A DNA stretch of 61,280 bases from Candidatus Krumholzibacteriota bacterium. Lineage in GTDB: Bacteria; Krumholzibacteriota; Krumholzibacteriia; Krumholzibacteriales; Krumholzibacteriaceae. The stretch spans positions 1 to 61,280 of the forward strand of contig DAOUUU010000003.1 in NCBI GenBank assembly GCA_030667985.1, in the 5' to 3' direction. A program made the position numbers and the translations under genes. Shown in pieces: positions 26,980 to 37,300 of the stretch (its first letter is position 1; the number at the start of each line of letters is the position of its first letter). Under the pieces are notes generated by a model that was given only the letters and a program-made list of their open reading frames with translations, had not been told where the DNA came from and made no database searches.

Positions 26980-28301
26980 GTCTTCTGCTCCTTTTTCCGC
27001 GCCGCGGGGAAGAGAATGTTGTTGAGTATGAGCCGATAGCCCGGCGAGTTTGGATGGATACTCAGATCGGTCGGCGGGTCTCCCACCAGATGCTGATAAT
27101 CCTCCGGATCGTGGCCCCCGTAGAAGGTAAATGTGCCGCGTCCGAAATTCCCGTGAAGGTAACGGACCTCCCCCGCCCCTTCGACTTCACCGAGTATGAC
27201 GACCCTCTTCTTCATGCGGCTTTTCCTGAATGAGGTCGTCTGACCCATAAATCCTTTGATTACCGAAACATGGTTCTGAACTAGCATCGACGGCACCGGA
27301 TCGTACTTGGCGGAGAATTCGAATAGCGTGAAATAATCCCGCTTCTCGCCTCGCCGGGAGGCCGCGCTTGTCATGTCTATATCGCTGAACTCGTAGATCA
27401 TCGGATCCAGTATCAGCTCAAAATCCTCGAACGCGAGACAATTGCCGTATTCGAGCAGATCCTGACACCCCGGCGTCGTGCCGTCGTGATCGTACTCGCG
27501 AGGTGCAATATCGACTCGCTCGGCCGCAAGGGCGAGGTCGATCGTGTCGCATGCCGAGCACATCGCGAAGAGGAACCCGCCGGAACGCACATACTCCCTG
27601 ATGGTACGCGCAACGGCCTTCTTCTCCTCCGACACCTTATCGAATCCGAGGGAGGCGGCGATCCGCTCGAACAGGATCTGCTGCTCCATGTACCAGTCCC
27701 TGTTCCTGAATCCCCTATAGAACTTTCCGTACTGTCCGGTGAAATCCTCGTGGTGCAGGTGAAGCCAGTCGAAGCGCTTCAGCCCGCCCGTGAGCACCTC
27801 ATGATCATAGACGATCTCGTATGGTATGCCGGCATATTCAAGGGCCATCATAACAGCGTCGTCCCACGGCTGTTTGTTCGGAGGGGCGTAGATGGCGATC
27901 CTCGGCGCTTTTTCGAGCAGGATCACCTCCATGTTCTCCGATTCTCCCGTACCGATTATGCGGGCTGTCTCCCCCGCATCGATGCGCTCCACCGTCACGC
28001 CGAGCGCCTGCGCTTCGAGCGCGAACGCGGGGCTGTCGGGCACAAGGAACGATCCTCCCCGGTAGTTGAGAAGCCATTGCACATCCGAGCCCTTCTCGAG
28101 AACATAAAATGCGTATCCGTAAGCCTTGAGATGGTTCGACTGAGCGAGGTCCATCGGCACGAGCAGCTCGGCGCGCAGACCGGCCGCCGCAGAGGAAAGA
28201 GCGAGGATACCGAACAGCAGGATCCTGCATCCGGCCCGGAATCCGCCTCCTTTCCACCGAGGCCCTACATAAAACGATCTGATTCTCCGTTCAATCCGCA
28301 C
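26976..28301 (-). CDS. Secreted protein with GATase1-like nucleophile elbow, function unknown
   Basis: Proposed GTG start with GAGGAGG 6 nt upstream, which gives a signal peptide (...CRILLFGILALSSAAAG). Conserved-looking LVPMDLAQSNHLKAYGYAFYVL and SGGFLFAMCSACD. From memory, FCB-group homologues are often labelled asparagine synthetase B. Confidence 0.55.
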   Translation of the reverse strand: MRIERRIRSFYVGPRWKGGGFRAGCRILLFGILALSSAAAGLRAELLVPMDLAQSNHLKAYGYAFYVLEKGSDVQWLLNYRGGSFLVPDSPAFALEAQALGVTVERIDAGETARIIGTGESENMEVILLEKAPRIAIYAPPNKQPWDDAVMMALEYAGIPYEIVYDHEVLTGGLKRFDWLHLHHEDFTGQYGKFYRGFRNRDWYMEQQILFERIAASLGFDKVSEEKKAVARTIREYVRSGGFLFAMCSACDTIDLALAAERVDIAPREYDHDGTTPGCQDLLEYGNCLAFEDFELILDPMIYEFSDIDMTSAASRRGEKRDYFTLFEFSAKYDPVPSMLVQNHVSVIKGFMGQTTSFRKSRMKKRVVILGEVEGAGEVRYLHGNFGRGTFTFYGGHDPEDYQHLVGDPPTDLSIHPNSPGYRLILNNILFPAARKKEQKT

Positions 28302-30189
28302 CCTGGTCCTCCTCGATCGATTTTCTGAGCGCGATGTACCGGCTCCTGATCCGCCCGATGAAGGGATCGTCCGGGTACCGCTCGATGATCTTCTCATATA
28401 GCTCCGCGGCTTCGCCCCCCCCGGCCATCCCCGCGATGCGCTCGAGCGCCCGCGGCGCCAGATCGTGCAGAGGAAACCCCTCGGCGAGCTCCGTCCAGAG
28501 ACCTGCGGCTGCTTCCGGATCCCCGTCGTTCAGGTAGATCTCAGCCCTCATGAACAGAACGCCAGGAAGCAGCAGGGAGAGGGGATACCGCTGCCGGAAT
28601 GAGTCGAGAGAATCGGCGGCGGCCCCTACGCGCCCCTGTGCCAGCGAGACATAGGCCTCCCTGTAACAATCGAGTGGTGCTCTATCCTCGATGAGCGCCT
28701 CCTTGATCAGGATTGCCGTCTCCAGAGCGTCGTTGGCGTACTCGCTCCACGGGTGACGCTCTGCGAACCGGCTCAGGCTATCGACGGCCGCCCCGTATTC
28801 ACCTCGATAGAAGTGCATCTTCCCTATACCGTAACGGCCGACGGCAGACTTGACCGAATCGGGATCTCCAGATAGCAGTGCGAACCTAGACTCGGCCTCT
28901 TCCCATCTCCCGGCGTCTATGAGCGCCCTCATTATGAGCCGTTCGGCCTCTCTTCCCTTATCGACCGCCCGGAACTTCGCTCCCTCGAGTGCCTCCAGCG
29001 CTCCGGCGGGCTGGTGGAGTTCGTCCAGCAGAATCTTCGCCTCGAGCAGAAGGGCGGGCTCGAAGTAGAAACCGCTCTTCGGGTGGCTCAGTATCCGATC
29101 GATCACATCGAGCGCCTCCTGTAATGCCTCTTCCCTGCCGGTTCCCGACTCGGCCTGTGCCAGAAGATCCTCAGCGAGGGCGAACATTACTCCAGGGGCG
29201 ACCGGAGATGCCTCATGGTCCTCGAGAAAGGCCTCGAGGGCCTTCCGCAGAACCGGGTCTCGGCCGTTCATCGGCTCCTGCTTGCGGGCCCTCACGAGGT
29301 ATCCGACAATGGCAAAGATCTCGCGTTCGCCAGTGTCATCGAGCTTTTCGAAGTGCTCGATCGCCTCACCGTACCGGCCGGTATCGACGAGCAGAGCCGT
29401 TTTCAATACTGCCAGATAAGCGTTCCCCGGTGAGTCGCCCGTGGCAGCGGAGTCCAAGTGCCCGAGCAGCTTTTCGTCCCGGCCCGCTCCAACGAATAAT
29501 TCGACGGCCAGGTCCACATCGGCGGCGCTGAACTTGGAACTCCCGGCTATGAGCGCGACCGCCTCCTCGAAAGCTACTTGTGTCCGGCCGAGCAGGCGTT
29601 CGAGCCGGATGATCTCGATGGTGAATTGCCTGTAGTATGGCTCGTGTATTCTTCCGGCCCTGTAGGTGCCGAGCGCCTCCTCGTAGAGCCCGGCTTCCTT
29701 TTCGAGTTGCGCGATGATGCCGTAATATCCTGATCTCTTCGGATCGTCATCGAGGATGGAGTGCCAGGCCTCGATAGCCCTGCCGCGCTCTCCCAGATCG
29801 AGATACGCGTGACCGAGCGTCCGCGCGAAGGGGAGATGATGCGGATCACGGGCAATCCGTTCCTCGAGCAGCGCTACCGCGTCCTGCGGCCTTCCCGTCT
29901 TCTGATAGCACAGAGCCAATCTTTCGGCCGCATTCTTCATCCCCGGATTTTCTTCGGCAAGCGGTTCCAGTATCTCGATCGCTTCTTCGTACCGCTTTTG
30001 CGAAATAAACCTCGAGGCCAGAGCGAGCAGTTCTCCCGGATTGCTCCACCTGACGGGCTCACCCCGCCGTGTCTGAGAGAAAGCCTCCGCGCAGACCGAT
30101 ACGAGCACGGCGAGTATCAAGCCGGCCGCCACCAAGGCATGATATCGGCCGGTTCGCGCTGTCAGGATTGAAAACAGAGGTGCCCTCAT
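28291..30189 (-). CDS. TPR-repeat protein with N-terminal signal/anchor
   Basis: N-terminal hydrophobic segment YHALVAAGLILAVLVSVCA, then many TPR-like repeats. The ATG overlaps the upstream gene stop (ATGA). Confidence 0.7.
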   Translation of the reverse strand: MRAPLFSILTARTGRYHALVAAGLILAVLVSVCAEAFSQTRRGEPVRWSNPGELLALASRFISQKRYEEAIEILEPLAEENPGMKNAAERLALCYQKTGRPQDAVALLEERIARDPHHLPFARTLGHAYLDLGERGRAIEAWHSILDDDPKRSGYYGIIAQLEKEAGLYEEALGTYRAGRIHEPYYRQFTIEIIRLERLLGRTQVAFEEAVALIAGSSKFSAADVDLAVELFVGAGRDEKLLGHLDSAATGDSPGNAYLAVLKTALLVDTGRYGEAIEHFEKLDDTGEREIFAIVGYLVRARKQEPMNGRDPVLRKALEAFLEDHEASPVAPGVMFALAEDLLAQAESGTGREEALQEALDVIDRILSHPKSGFYFEPALLLEAKILLDELHQPAGALEALEGAKFRAVDKGREAERLIMRALIDAGRWEEAESRFALLSGDPDSVKSAVGRYGIGKMHFYRGEYGAAVDSLSRFAERHPWSEYANDALETAILIKEALIEDRAPLDCYREAYVSLAQGRVGAAADSLDSFRQRYPLSLLLPGVLFMRAEIYLNDGDPEAAAGLWTELAEGFPLHDLAPRALERIAGMAGGGEAAELYEKIIERYPDDPFIGRIRSRYIALRKSIEEDQGAD

Positions 30190-33100
30190 CGTTCCTTTTC
30201 CCTCACCTTCTTCGAAAGCGCCCTGAAGTAGAATCTGTTGAGCTCCTCGAACTCGACCGGACCCCTTTCCCTCATGCTTCTCCGTATCATCTCGAGCAGG
30301 AAATCATTATCGCTCTCCTGCCCGTTCCTTCCCATCCCGGGGGCCGCCACGACATCTCCTGCTGTCCTGCTTACCCGCTCCCGCTTGTAGTCCCTCTGCA
30401 TGAGCGAGCGCTGGGATTCGAGCATCCTGCCGAGGATCCGCTCCTCCCGCTCCAATAGCCGGGCGTCGAGCTCGCCCCGCTCGAGTCTTCGAGCGACCTC
30501 TAACATCTCGCTTCCAAGATCGTCGAGTCTTCCGAGTAGCTCCGAAGTCCCTCTCGATTCTTCCAGGGCCTGTTCGAGCAGTTCCTCCAGCCTTCGCTGC
30601 TCTGCTGCTATCCTCGCCATACCTGCCCGCTCCTCAATAGACCATTGACCGGCCGTGCCGCCTCCAAACATCTCCCTCAACCGCCGGTCGAGCGAGTGCT
30701 GCTTTGCCATGACCGCCTTCATCCCCGCCGCTCCTCCTCCGCCCCCGCATGAACCGGCCGAGCCGCTGGATTTGAGCAGCTCGATTGCGGCGAGGTTCAA
30801 TTCCTCATAGGCTTCGCGCGCTTGACCCGCCGCTGCAGGGCCCCGCCGCTCTCCTACCGCTTCAAGCACACCCTCAGTCGCAGCCAGGGCGCGCTCGATA
30901 TGGTAGAACGCCTTCCCCGGAACAGCCATCGTCTTTCGCGCCGCCAGATAGAGCCGTTCCCGGACCGAGCGAATAGCCTCATTGATTATGATCTGGTGTT
31001 CGGTATATTCGGCGAGAAGATCCGCTCCCCCGAACTGCATTTCATCGAGTATCCATCTCTCCTGCTCCTTGGAGATTTCGACTAGCCCGCGCGCCGAACG
31101 CGTGATCTCCTTTGCCGCCTCGGCGTCCATCGCGAGCCCCATCCCGAACTGAAACCTCGCGAGGGAGGTGTAGAGTGAGAGTAATCCGTCCATCGCTTCG
31201 CCCTGCGAATCACTGGCCCCAGACATATCACCGTCGAAGAGCATGGAAGCCGCATCCATCATCGATCTCTCTATCGCTCTGTCCTCCATCCCTTTCAGAA
31301 CATCCTCGAGCCCCTCGGAAAATGGGGACCCCGCCTCCTCGCCGGCGAGAGCTTCCATATCGCGCTCGAGTGCTTCCATCTCTCGTGCGAGATCCTCCTG
31401 GCGGTCTGCGAGCTCCCCGGCACCCTCACCCGAATCCCTGATATCTTCCTGTTTTTCGAGCATCTCCTCGATTCGCCTGACGAACTCCTCCAGCTTCTCC
31501 TCGCGCATCACTTGCTTGAGCAGTTCGGCAGCCCTCTCCAGCCTCAGCGCAAACTCCTCGAGATTGACGTCTACCTGGCGCATCGCCTCCGCCAGATCGT
31601 CACTTTCGACACCATCGAGAGTCTTTCGAAAACGTTCCAGCGCCGCCCTGAGCTCGTCGCTCTCGATCTGCGCTAGGAGCTCACGGATCTCGGCCAGTTT
31701 CTCTCCGATCTCCTGCGAGGTCGCGCTGTTCCGCTCGAGCGTTTCCAGTGTGCTGTCGAGTTGATCCGCCGCCTGGTGTACCCTTTCTGACAACTCATCC
31801 TGCTTTGCGATTAGCTCCTTCGATTCCCTGCGGCGGCTCCAGTCGAACTCCCCCCTGGATTTGAGCTCGTCCGAGAGTTCCCTGAGGCGCGTCCTCACCT
31901 CTCCGCTCTCCCCGAGAGCATCGGTGAGCCCCTCGCGCCGCATCGAATCCTCATCACGAATCCGCTCGTAAATATCAGCAAGAGACGGGACAGTGATCCT
32001 CCTCGTCTCGGAGCGTCCCTTCGACGGCCCCGAGGCCGTGTTGTTATCGGAGACCTCGAGGAAATAGAGAACCTCGTCTCCCGGGAACAGCCGCATCCCG
32101 GAGAGCGCCCAGCGCTCGATCCCTTCGATCTCCCTGCGGGACCCTCCCGGCGGCAGGGGCAGGCCGGAAGGCCGGAACCGTTCATCCTTGCCGCTGCGCA
32201 TCGCGTAGAGCACGAGCCTTGACACGCCGTAATCGTCGCTCGCGCTGTATATCAGATCGATCTCCATCGAGAGCGGTAGGTGGGCCCCGTCCTCCGGGGC
32301 GAGTATCTCGATCACGGGGCGCTGATCCTCGAGCACGGTTATTGGATACCGGATCGGCCGCTCGCTCCCCAGACCCATCGTGTCCACCACGTCGACCAGG
32401 AAGGTGTCATCGCCCAGGGCGTCGAAAGAGATCCCGAAACCGCCCGGAACGGGTTGGAGCGGGAGTCTTCCTCCGCTCGAAAACCTTAGCTCGCCCCTTG
32501 AGATCTCCTTGCTCGTCTCGCCGTTCAATTCGATTCTCGAGCCGGCGGGGACATAGATCCTCCCGGCAAGACCCGGGACATCCCTGACCGGCGAACCGGT
32601 GTATCCGGGCGGCGAGATACGCGCACTGATACTATTGATGACTGGCCTGTGGATCACCGTGACGGTCCGTTCGAGGCTCCGGCCAGCATCGGACAGAAAA
32701 GCGTATCCGAAACTTTCGCGGACATTGTCGAAACGGTGTCGGTAGAGGACCATATCCTCACCATCCGTCCTTGCCGTGTCAATATCGAGCCCCGTCTCTC
32801 TCCATACTCCCGGGACCGTACTGATGTGCAGTGAGACCTTTCCCGTCCGGCCGCCGAATTCCACCGCCTCGCAGGTTATCCCCCCTCCCGACAGAACGGT
32901 CATGTTTCCCGATGTAACAAGCAGGTTGCCGCCTCCACGATTCCTGAAGTAGAGCTGCGGGTCGGTCACCGCGGCCAGAATGCTCCGCTCCCCGCCTCCC
33001 ATGAACAAGACCTGAGCGAGGAGCAAAATCGCTGCGAGCAACCCCACCGCCGCCCAGACCGGACGCCCCATTCCGGGAAAGACCTTAACCGGGTCTATCA

Positions 33101-33554
33101 CCCTGACCTTTTCCAGGGCCCTGCGCACCGTCTCCTCTCTCAGGTAGGGGGAGTAGCGATCGAGACGTCCCCTCTCTCCGGAGAACTCGAACGCGGAGCT
33201 CAAGAGGCCTTTCAACCCCTTTACCCTGTCGATATCCCCTGCCACACTCGCCCTGCGCCGGAGCCGGGGAAACTGCCGGCGGCAGACGTTGTAGAGCGCG
33301 GCAAACATCGCAGCCCAGAATAGACAGAAGGAGAGAAACGGAAGCGGCGGCCACCTGCCGAACAACGCATAGAGCAGGTGGATCAAGGAAAGGACTCCGG
33401 CGGCAGATGTGAGAAGCACGGCCGCAGCTCCACGCAGAACGGCCAGGCGGTGCCGGAAGGCTAGCCGGCCGACTGCGGACCGGTACTCATAACCTGTTTC
33501 TGTTTCGTGCCTTCTCATACTTTCCCCGGCCATAAGCGGAGGCTCCGCACACAC
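30186..33554 (-). CDS. Large membrane/coiled-coil protein, DUF4175-like
   Basis: N-terminal TM helices, a beta-rich middle, and a roughly 500-aa E/R/L-rich coiled-coil tail ending ...FLLEMIRRSMRERGPVEFEELNRFYFRAL. Layout and C-terminal motif recalled as DUF4175. Start ambiguous (M1, M8 or M13). Confidence 0.5.
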   Translation of the reverse strand: MCAEPPLMAGESMRRHETETGYEYRSAVGRLAFRHRLAVLRGAAAVLLTSAAGVLSLIHLLYALFGRWPPLPFLSFCLFWAAMFAALYNVCRRQFPRLRRRASVAGDIDRVKGLKGLLSSAFEFSGERGRLDRYSPYLREETVRRALEKVRVIDPVKVFPGMGRPVWAAVGLLAAILLLAQVLFMGGGERSILAAVTDPQLYFRNRGGGNLLVTSGNMTVLSGGGITCEAVEFGGRTGKVSLHISTVPGVWRETGLDIDTARTDGEDMVLYRHRFDNVRESFGYAFLSDAGRSLERTVTVIHRPVINSISARISPPGYTGSPVRDVPGLAGRIYVPAGSRIELNGETSKEISRGELRFSSGGRLPLQPVPGGFGISFDALGDDTFLVDVVDTMGLGSERPIRYPITVLEDQRPVIEILAPEDGAHLPLSMEIDLIYSASDDYGVSRLVLYAMRSGKDERFRPSGLPLPPGGSRREIEGIERWALSGMRLFPGDEVLYFLEVSDNNTASGPSKGRSETRRITVPSLADIYERIRDEDSMRREGLTDALGESGEVRTRLRELSDELKSRGEFDWSRRRESKELIAKQDELSERVHQAADQLDSTLETLERNSATSQEIGEKLAEIRELLAQIESDELRAALERFRKTLDGVESDDLAEAMRQVDVNLEEFALRLERAAELLKQVMREEKLEEFVRRIEEMLEKQEDIRDSGEGAGELADRQEDLAREMEALERDMEALAGEEAGSPFSEGLEDVLKGMEDRAIERSMMDAASMLFDGDMSGASDSQGEAMDGLLSLYTSLARFQFGMGLAMDAEAAKEITRSARGLVEISKEQERWILDEMQFGGADLLAEYTEHQIIINEAIRSVRERLYLAARKTMAVPGKAFYHIERALAATEGVLEAVGERRGPAAAGQAREAYEELNLAAIELLKSSGSAGSCGGGGGAAGMKAVMAKQHSLDRRLREMFGGGTAGQWSIEERAGMARIAAEQRRLEELLEQALEESRGTSELLGRLDDLGSEMLEVARRLERGELDARLLEREERILGRMLESQRSLMQRDYKRERVSRTAGDVVAAPGMGRNGQESDNDFLLEMIRRSMRERGPVEFEELNRFYFRALSKKVREKER

Positions 33555-33573
33555 CCTGACTCTCTATCTCGAC

Positions 33574-34323
33574 CTAGCGGGTGAGCGCGTAGTAGAGTAT
33601 ATTCACCGCCATCCGAACGGCAGCTTCGCGCTTCGGGGGCGGATCGCCGTGAACGCCGGGATCCTCCAGGCCGTCGCCTATATCGCTCTCGTATGTGTAG
33701 AACACCATGAGGCGGCCGGCGTCGAATATGCCGAGCCCCTCCGGAGGCTTTCCGTCGTGCTCGTGGATCTTAGGAGGTCCATCGAGGCGGTAGAAACTAC
33801 TGTATATCGCGTGATCGAGCGGCAAGGTCACGAGTCTCAGCTCGGGGAAAAGCTCTGCAATCATCCTCCTGAAGGACCTATCCATGCCGTAGTTGTCGTC
33901 GGCGTATAGAAACCCTCCCCCCAGAAGGTGGTTCCTCAGGCGCTCCCGCTCCTCACCGGTAAGCTGGATGTTTCCATGCCCCGTCATGTAGAGAAATGGA
34001 AAGCAGGAGAGCTCCGGATCGCCGAGCTCTATGACCTTCTCGTCCTTCGCAGTCGGAATTCCGGTTCTCCGCTCGAACTCCTCGAGCAGGTTCGCGAGAG
34101 AGGAGGGATCGCTGTACCAGTCGCCTCCTCCCCCGTATCTGACGCGGGCGATCCTTATGCGGATCTCATGTTCGAGCCGCTCCCGCTCACTCTCTTCCGT
34201 CTCCTTGCCCCGGTAGCTCTCGGGTGACACGACCTTCTGCCCCGAGGCGCCCGGGCCGAAGCAGAGAATCGTCCCCAACAGCGCTACGGCAAAAAAAACC
34301 GTTCTTCTCATTATCGTTTTCAT
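33574..34323 (-). CDS. DUF4159-like secreted protein
   Basis: Signal peptide MKTIMRRTVFFAVALLGTILCFGPGASG. VRYGGGGDWYSDPSSLANLL and FLYMTGHG...GGGFLYADD motifs, recalled as DUF4159. Confidence 0.6.
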   Translation of the reverse strand: MKTIMRRTVFFAVALLGTILCFGPGASGQKVVSPESYRGKETEESERERLEHEIRIRIARVRYGGGGDWYSDPSSLANLLEEFERRTGIPTAKDEKVIELGDPELSCFPFLYMTGHGNIQLTGEERERLRNHLLGGGFLYADDNYGMDRSFRRMIAELFPELRLVTLPLDHAIYSSFYRLDGPPKIHEHDGKPPEGLGIFDAGRLMVFYTYESDIGDGLEDPGVHGDPPPKREAAVRMAVNILYYALTR

Positions 34324-34378
34324 GGTAACTCTATTCGGCCGGCCGTTTCGTCACTTCGCCGCTTCAGAGTGGAGGCTC

Positions 34379-37300
34379 TCACTGCGCCAGGGGCAGCCTC
34401 AAGACGGCCTCGGCACCCCGGCCCTCGTCCCTGTTCCGTATTATGACCTCCCCCTCCATGTCACGGGCGAGACTCTGCGATATGGCAAGCCCGAGTCCGG
34501 TGCCGTTGGTCTTGGTCGAGAAGTATGGCTCAAAAAGCCTTTCGACGGCATCGAGTGATAGCCCGGGACCCGAATCCACGATATTGATAAGCGCCTCTTT
34601 TCCGCGCGTCGCCGCCCTCACCAATATCACCCCCTCGTTTTGCATCGCCTCGAGCGCGTTCTCGATAAGATTGACGAGGATCTTCCTCAACGCCTCCGGG
34701 TCGGCCAAGCAGGCCACGGGAGCTGCCAGCTTGAGGTTTATCTCGACCTTTTCCGCCCCCCTGTAGGCAGCAATGAATTCCTCCAGAAAGGGACCAAGCT
34801 CTATCCTTTTCGACTTGAGGCTGCCCGTCTTGCCGAAACTCGAGAACTCCGACGCTATTCTCCGAAGGATCTCTGTCTGCTGGATCACCGTCTCCACTCC
34901 GCTCTCGAATATCTCATCAAAATCCTCCGCTTTCGCCTCGCGCGCCCGCTTCATCAGCTGCGCCGAGAGCCGGATCGGAGTGAGCGGATTCTTGACCTCG
35001 TGCGCTATCTGCCGCGCCATCTCGACCCATGCTGCCAGCTTCTTCGACCGAATGAGCTCTGTGAGATCATCGAAGACGATTACCGTGCCGAGCGTTTCCT
35101 TCCCCTCTACCAGGCTCGTCACCACAGCCTTGATGGTCCTCCTCCTCTCCCCGGCGAACAGCGTCAACTCTCTTTCCCTGACCGGCTCCTCGACGTCCTC
35201 GATTAGTTTACAGAGCGGGCCCAACCCAAGGCGCTCGAGCAGCCGCGCCTCCTTTCCCTCTACCTCTGCTTTGTCTATCTCGAGTATCCGCTCACCGGAC
35301 GGATTGATCGTCATGATCCTTCCCTCGCCGTCGGTCGTTATAACGCCCGTCGCGACACTGTCCAGCACGACTGTCAGGTATCGCTGCCTTTCGAGAAGGT
35401 TTCGCCTCGCCACCCTGAGGGCTTCTGTCATCGTGTTGAAGGAATCGACGAGCTGGCCGAGTTCGTCGGTGGCGGCCGATTCCAGCTTGAACTCCAGATC
35501 CCCCTCGATGATCCTTCTCGTTCCCGCCTGCAGTTCAGCAATCGGGTTGAATATCTTGCCCGCCAGGAAGATCCCTATCGTGACGGTGGCGGCGAACAGC
35601 AGGGCTAGCAGCCCCATGATCAGAGCGGTGGTCTTCAATATCTCCTGCCTGACGAGAACGGGCCTGTAGAGCATAGGGATCGAGAGTACCGCCGCTTCGT
35701 CTCCCCTCAAGGAGTGCAGCGGCGTACTCGCCACCTGGAACGAGTAATCTCCCAGCGACTCGCTTCTGACCGACACTTTGCTTTGGAGCAATGCGACATC
35801 GGCGAAGACCAGCGGATCGAGCAGGGGATCGAGGAAACCTCCGACAAAGAGCTCCCGCTGACTCGAGGCCCTTACCTTCCCCCTGTAAAAGACATTGACG
35901 TTCACCCCCATGACGCTGGCAACGCCGTTTATGAACTCGTCGTCGATCCTCCTCCGGAAGAAGAGATATCCATCCGGCCTTTGATCGAGGTTCACCGGAA
36001 TCGTCACACCTCCGTACAGATGAGGAAAATCATAGAGCACGAGGGCTCTTCCCGATCCTGCGGCCTGGAGGATCCGCTCGACCTCGGTCGAATCGAAATC
36101 GCTCATGCTCTCGTCGAGCATAAGGGCTCCACTGTAATCGAACAGAGCAAACTGGGTCTTTTCGTATAGCGCTACATCCCTGATCCTCGCGGCGGTGTCG
36201 CCGCTCAGAATATCCTGGAGGTACTGGCTCCCGGAAAACGATTCCGCCTCCGAAAGAATTGAGTGCGTTATTAAGGAAGCTGCCGAGCGAGCGCCTTTCA
36301 GGGCCTCCTGCTCTCCCTCGAGCCGGAACCGCCGTTCTATGAACTCGCCGGAGAACGCCCCCAGGATAACGACGGGAACGATCGAGACTATAAGAAAGGA
36401 GAGCAGTACCTTCCGCCTGAAACCCAATTCTCCCCTGATCCTGAGCGCGGGAGTGACGCTTCCTAATAGTGGAACCTTGTTGATCAGGATGGTGAGGAAA
36501 AGCATGAACACCATGAGGATCACGTCGAGGGAGACGATCGTCGCCCACCGGAGAAGATCCTCGAAAAACCCGGCCTTCTTGAATCCGACGAGGAACCCCC
36601 GCCCGTCGGGCCCGAGATCCACGATAGCCCTGTAGGCCTCCTCTCCGAGGTCGACTGTAAACCATCTGCCCGGCTCCTCCCCGACCGACGTTCCGGGGAA
36701 TAGGTTCGGATTGGAGGAATCGATGATCCTGCTCCCCTCGACACGCGCCACGAGGAGGTTCTCAGGCTCGTCTATTCTCGGAGCCACGGCACCACGTTCT
36801 ATATTGTGCAGTATCTCGGGGGCGACAGGTCCGCTGCGCGACAGCAGTTCCAGGTTCTCGAAGAAGTAGGGGATCGTGATCTCCACCCTGCCGATCAGCT
36901 TGCCTCGGACATCCAGTACCGCCGCAACGCCCCTGAAGTAGTGAATTGTGCCGTCCTTCGTCTCCTGTTCGATCGACTCGACGAGCACACCGCTCTCAAA
37001 GCTTTCGCCCTCATCGAACGGCTCCAGCTCATAGGGAGTCCCAACCGAGAACCTCGATATCCGCTTCCCCGCCGAATCGAAAACCTCGAATATACACGAG
37101 ATGTTCAGCCTGCTCAGCGAGCTCTCGGCCCATATCTCGAACGCGGCCGACTCCTTGCGTGTCGCCACCCTCGACGCGACCAAACGGTCGATCGCTATAT
37201 CCTGGCAGAGATCGGGAAGGACCACTTGGAGCCAGTTATCTTCCGGTGAATTGAAATCGTTGAGTTTTTCGAGAACCCTGCTCTCTCTCAGCTCGGCGTA

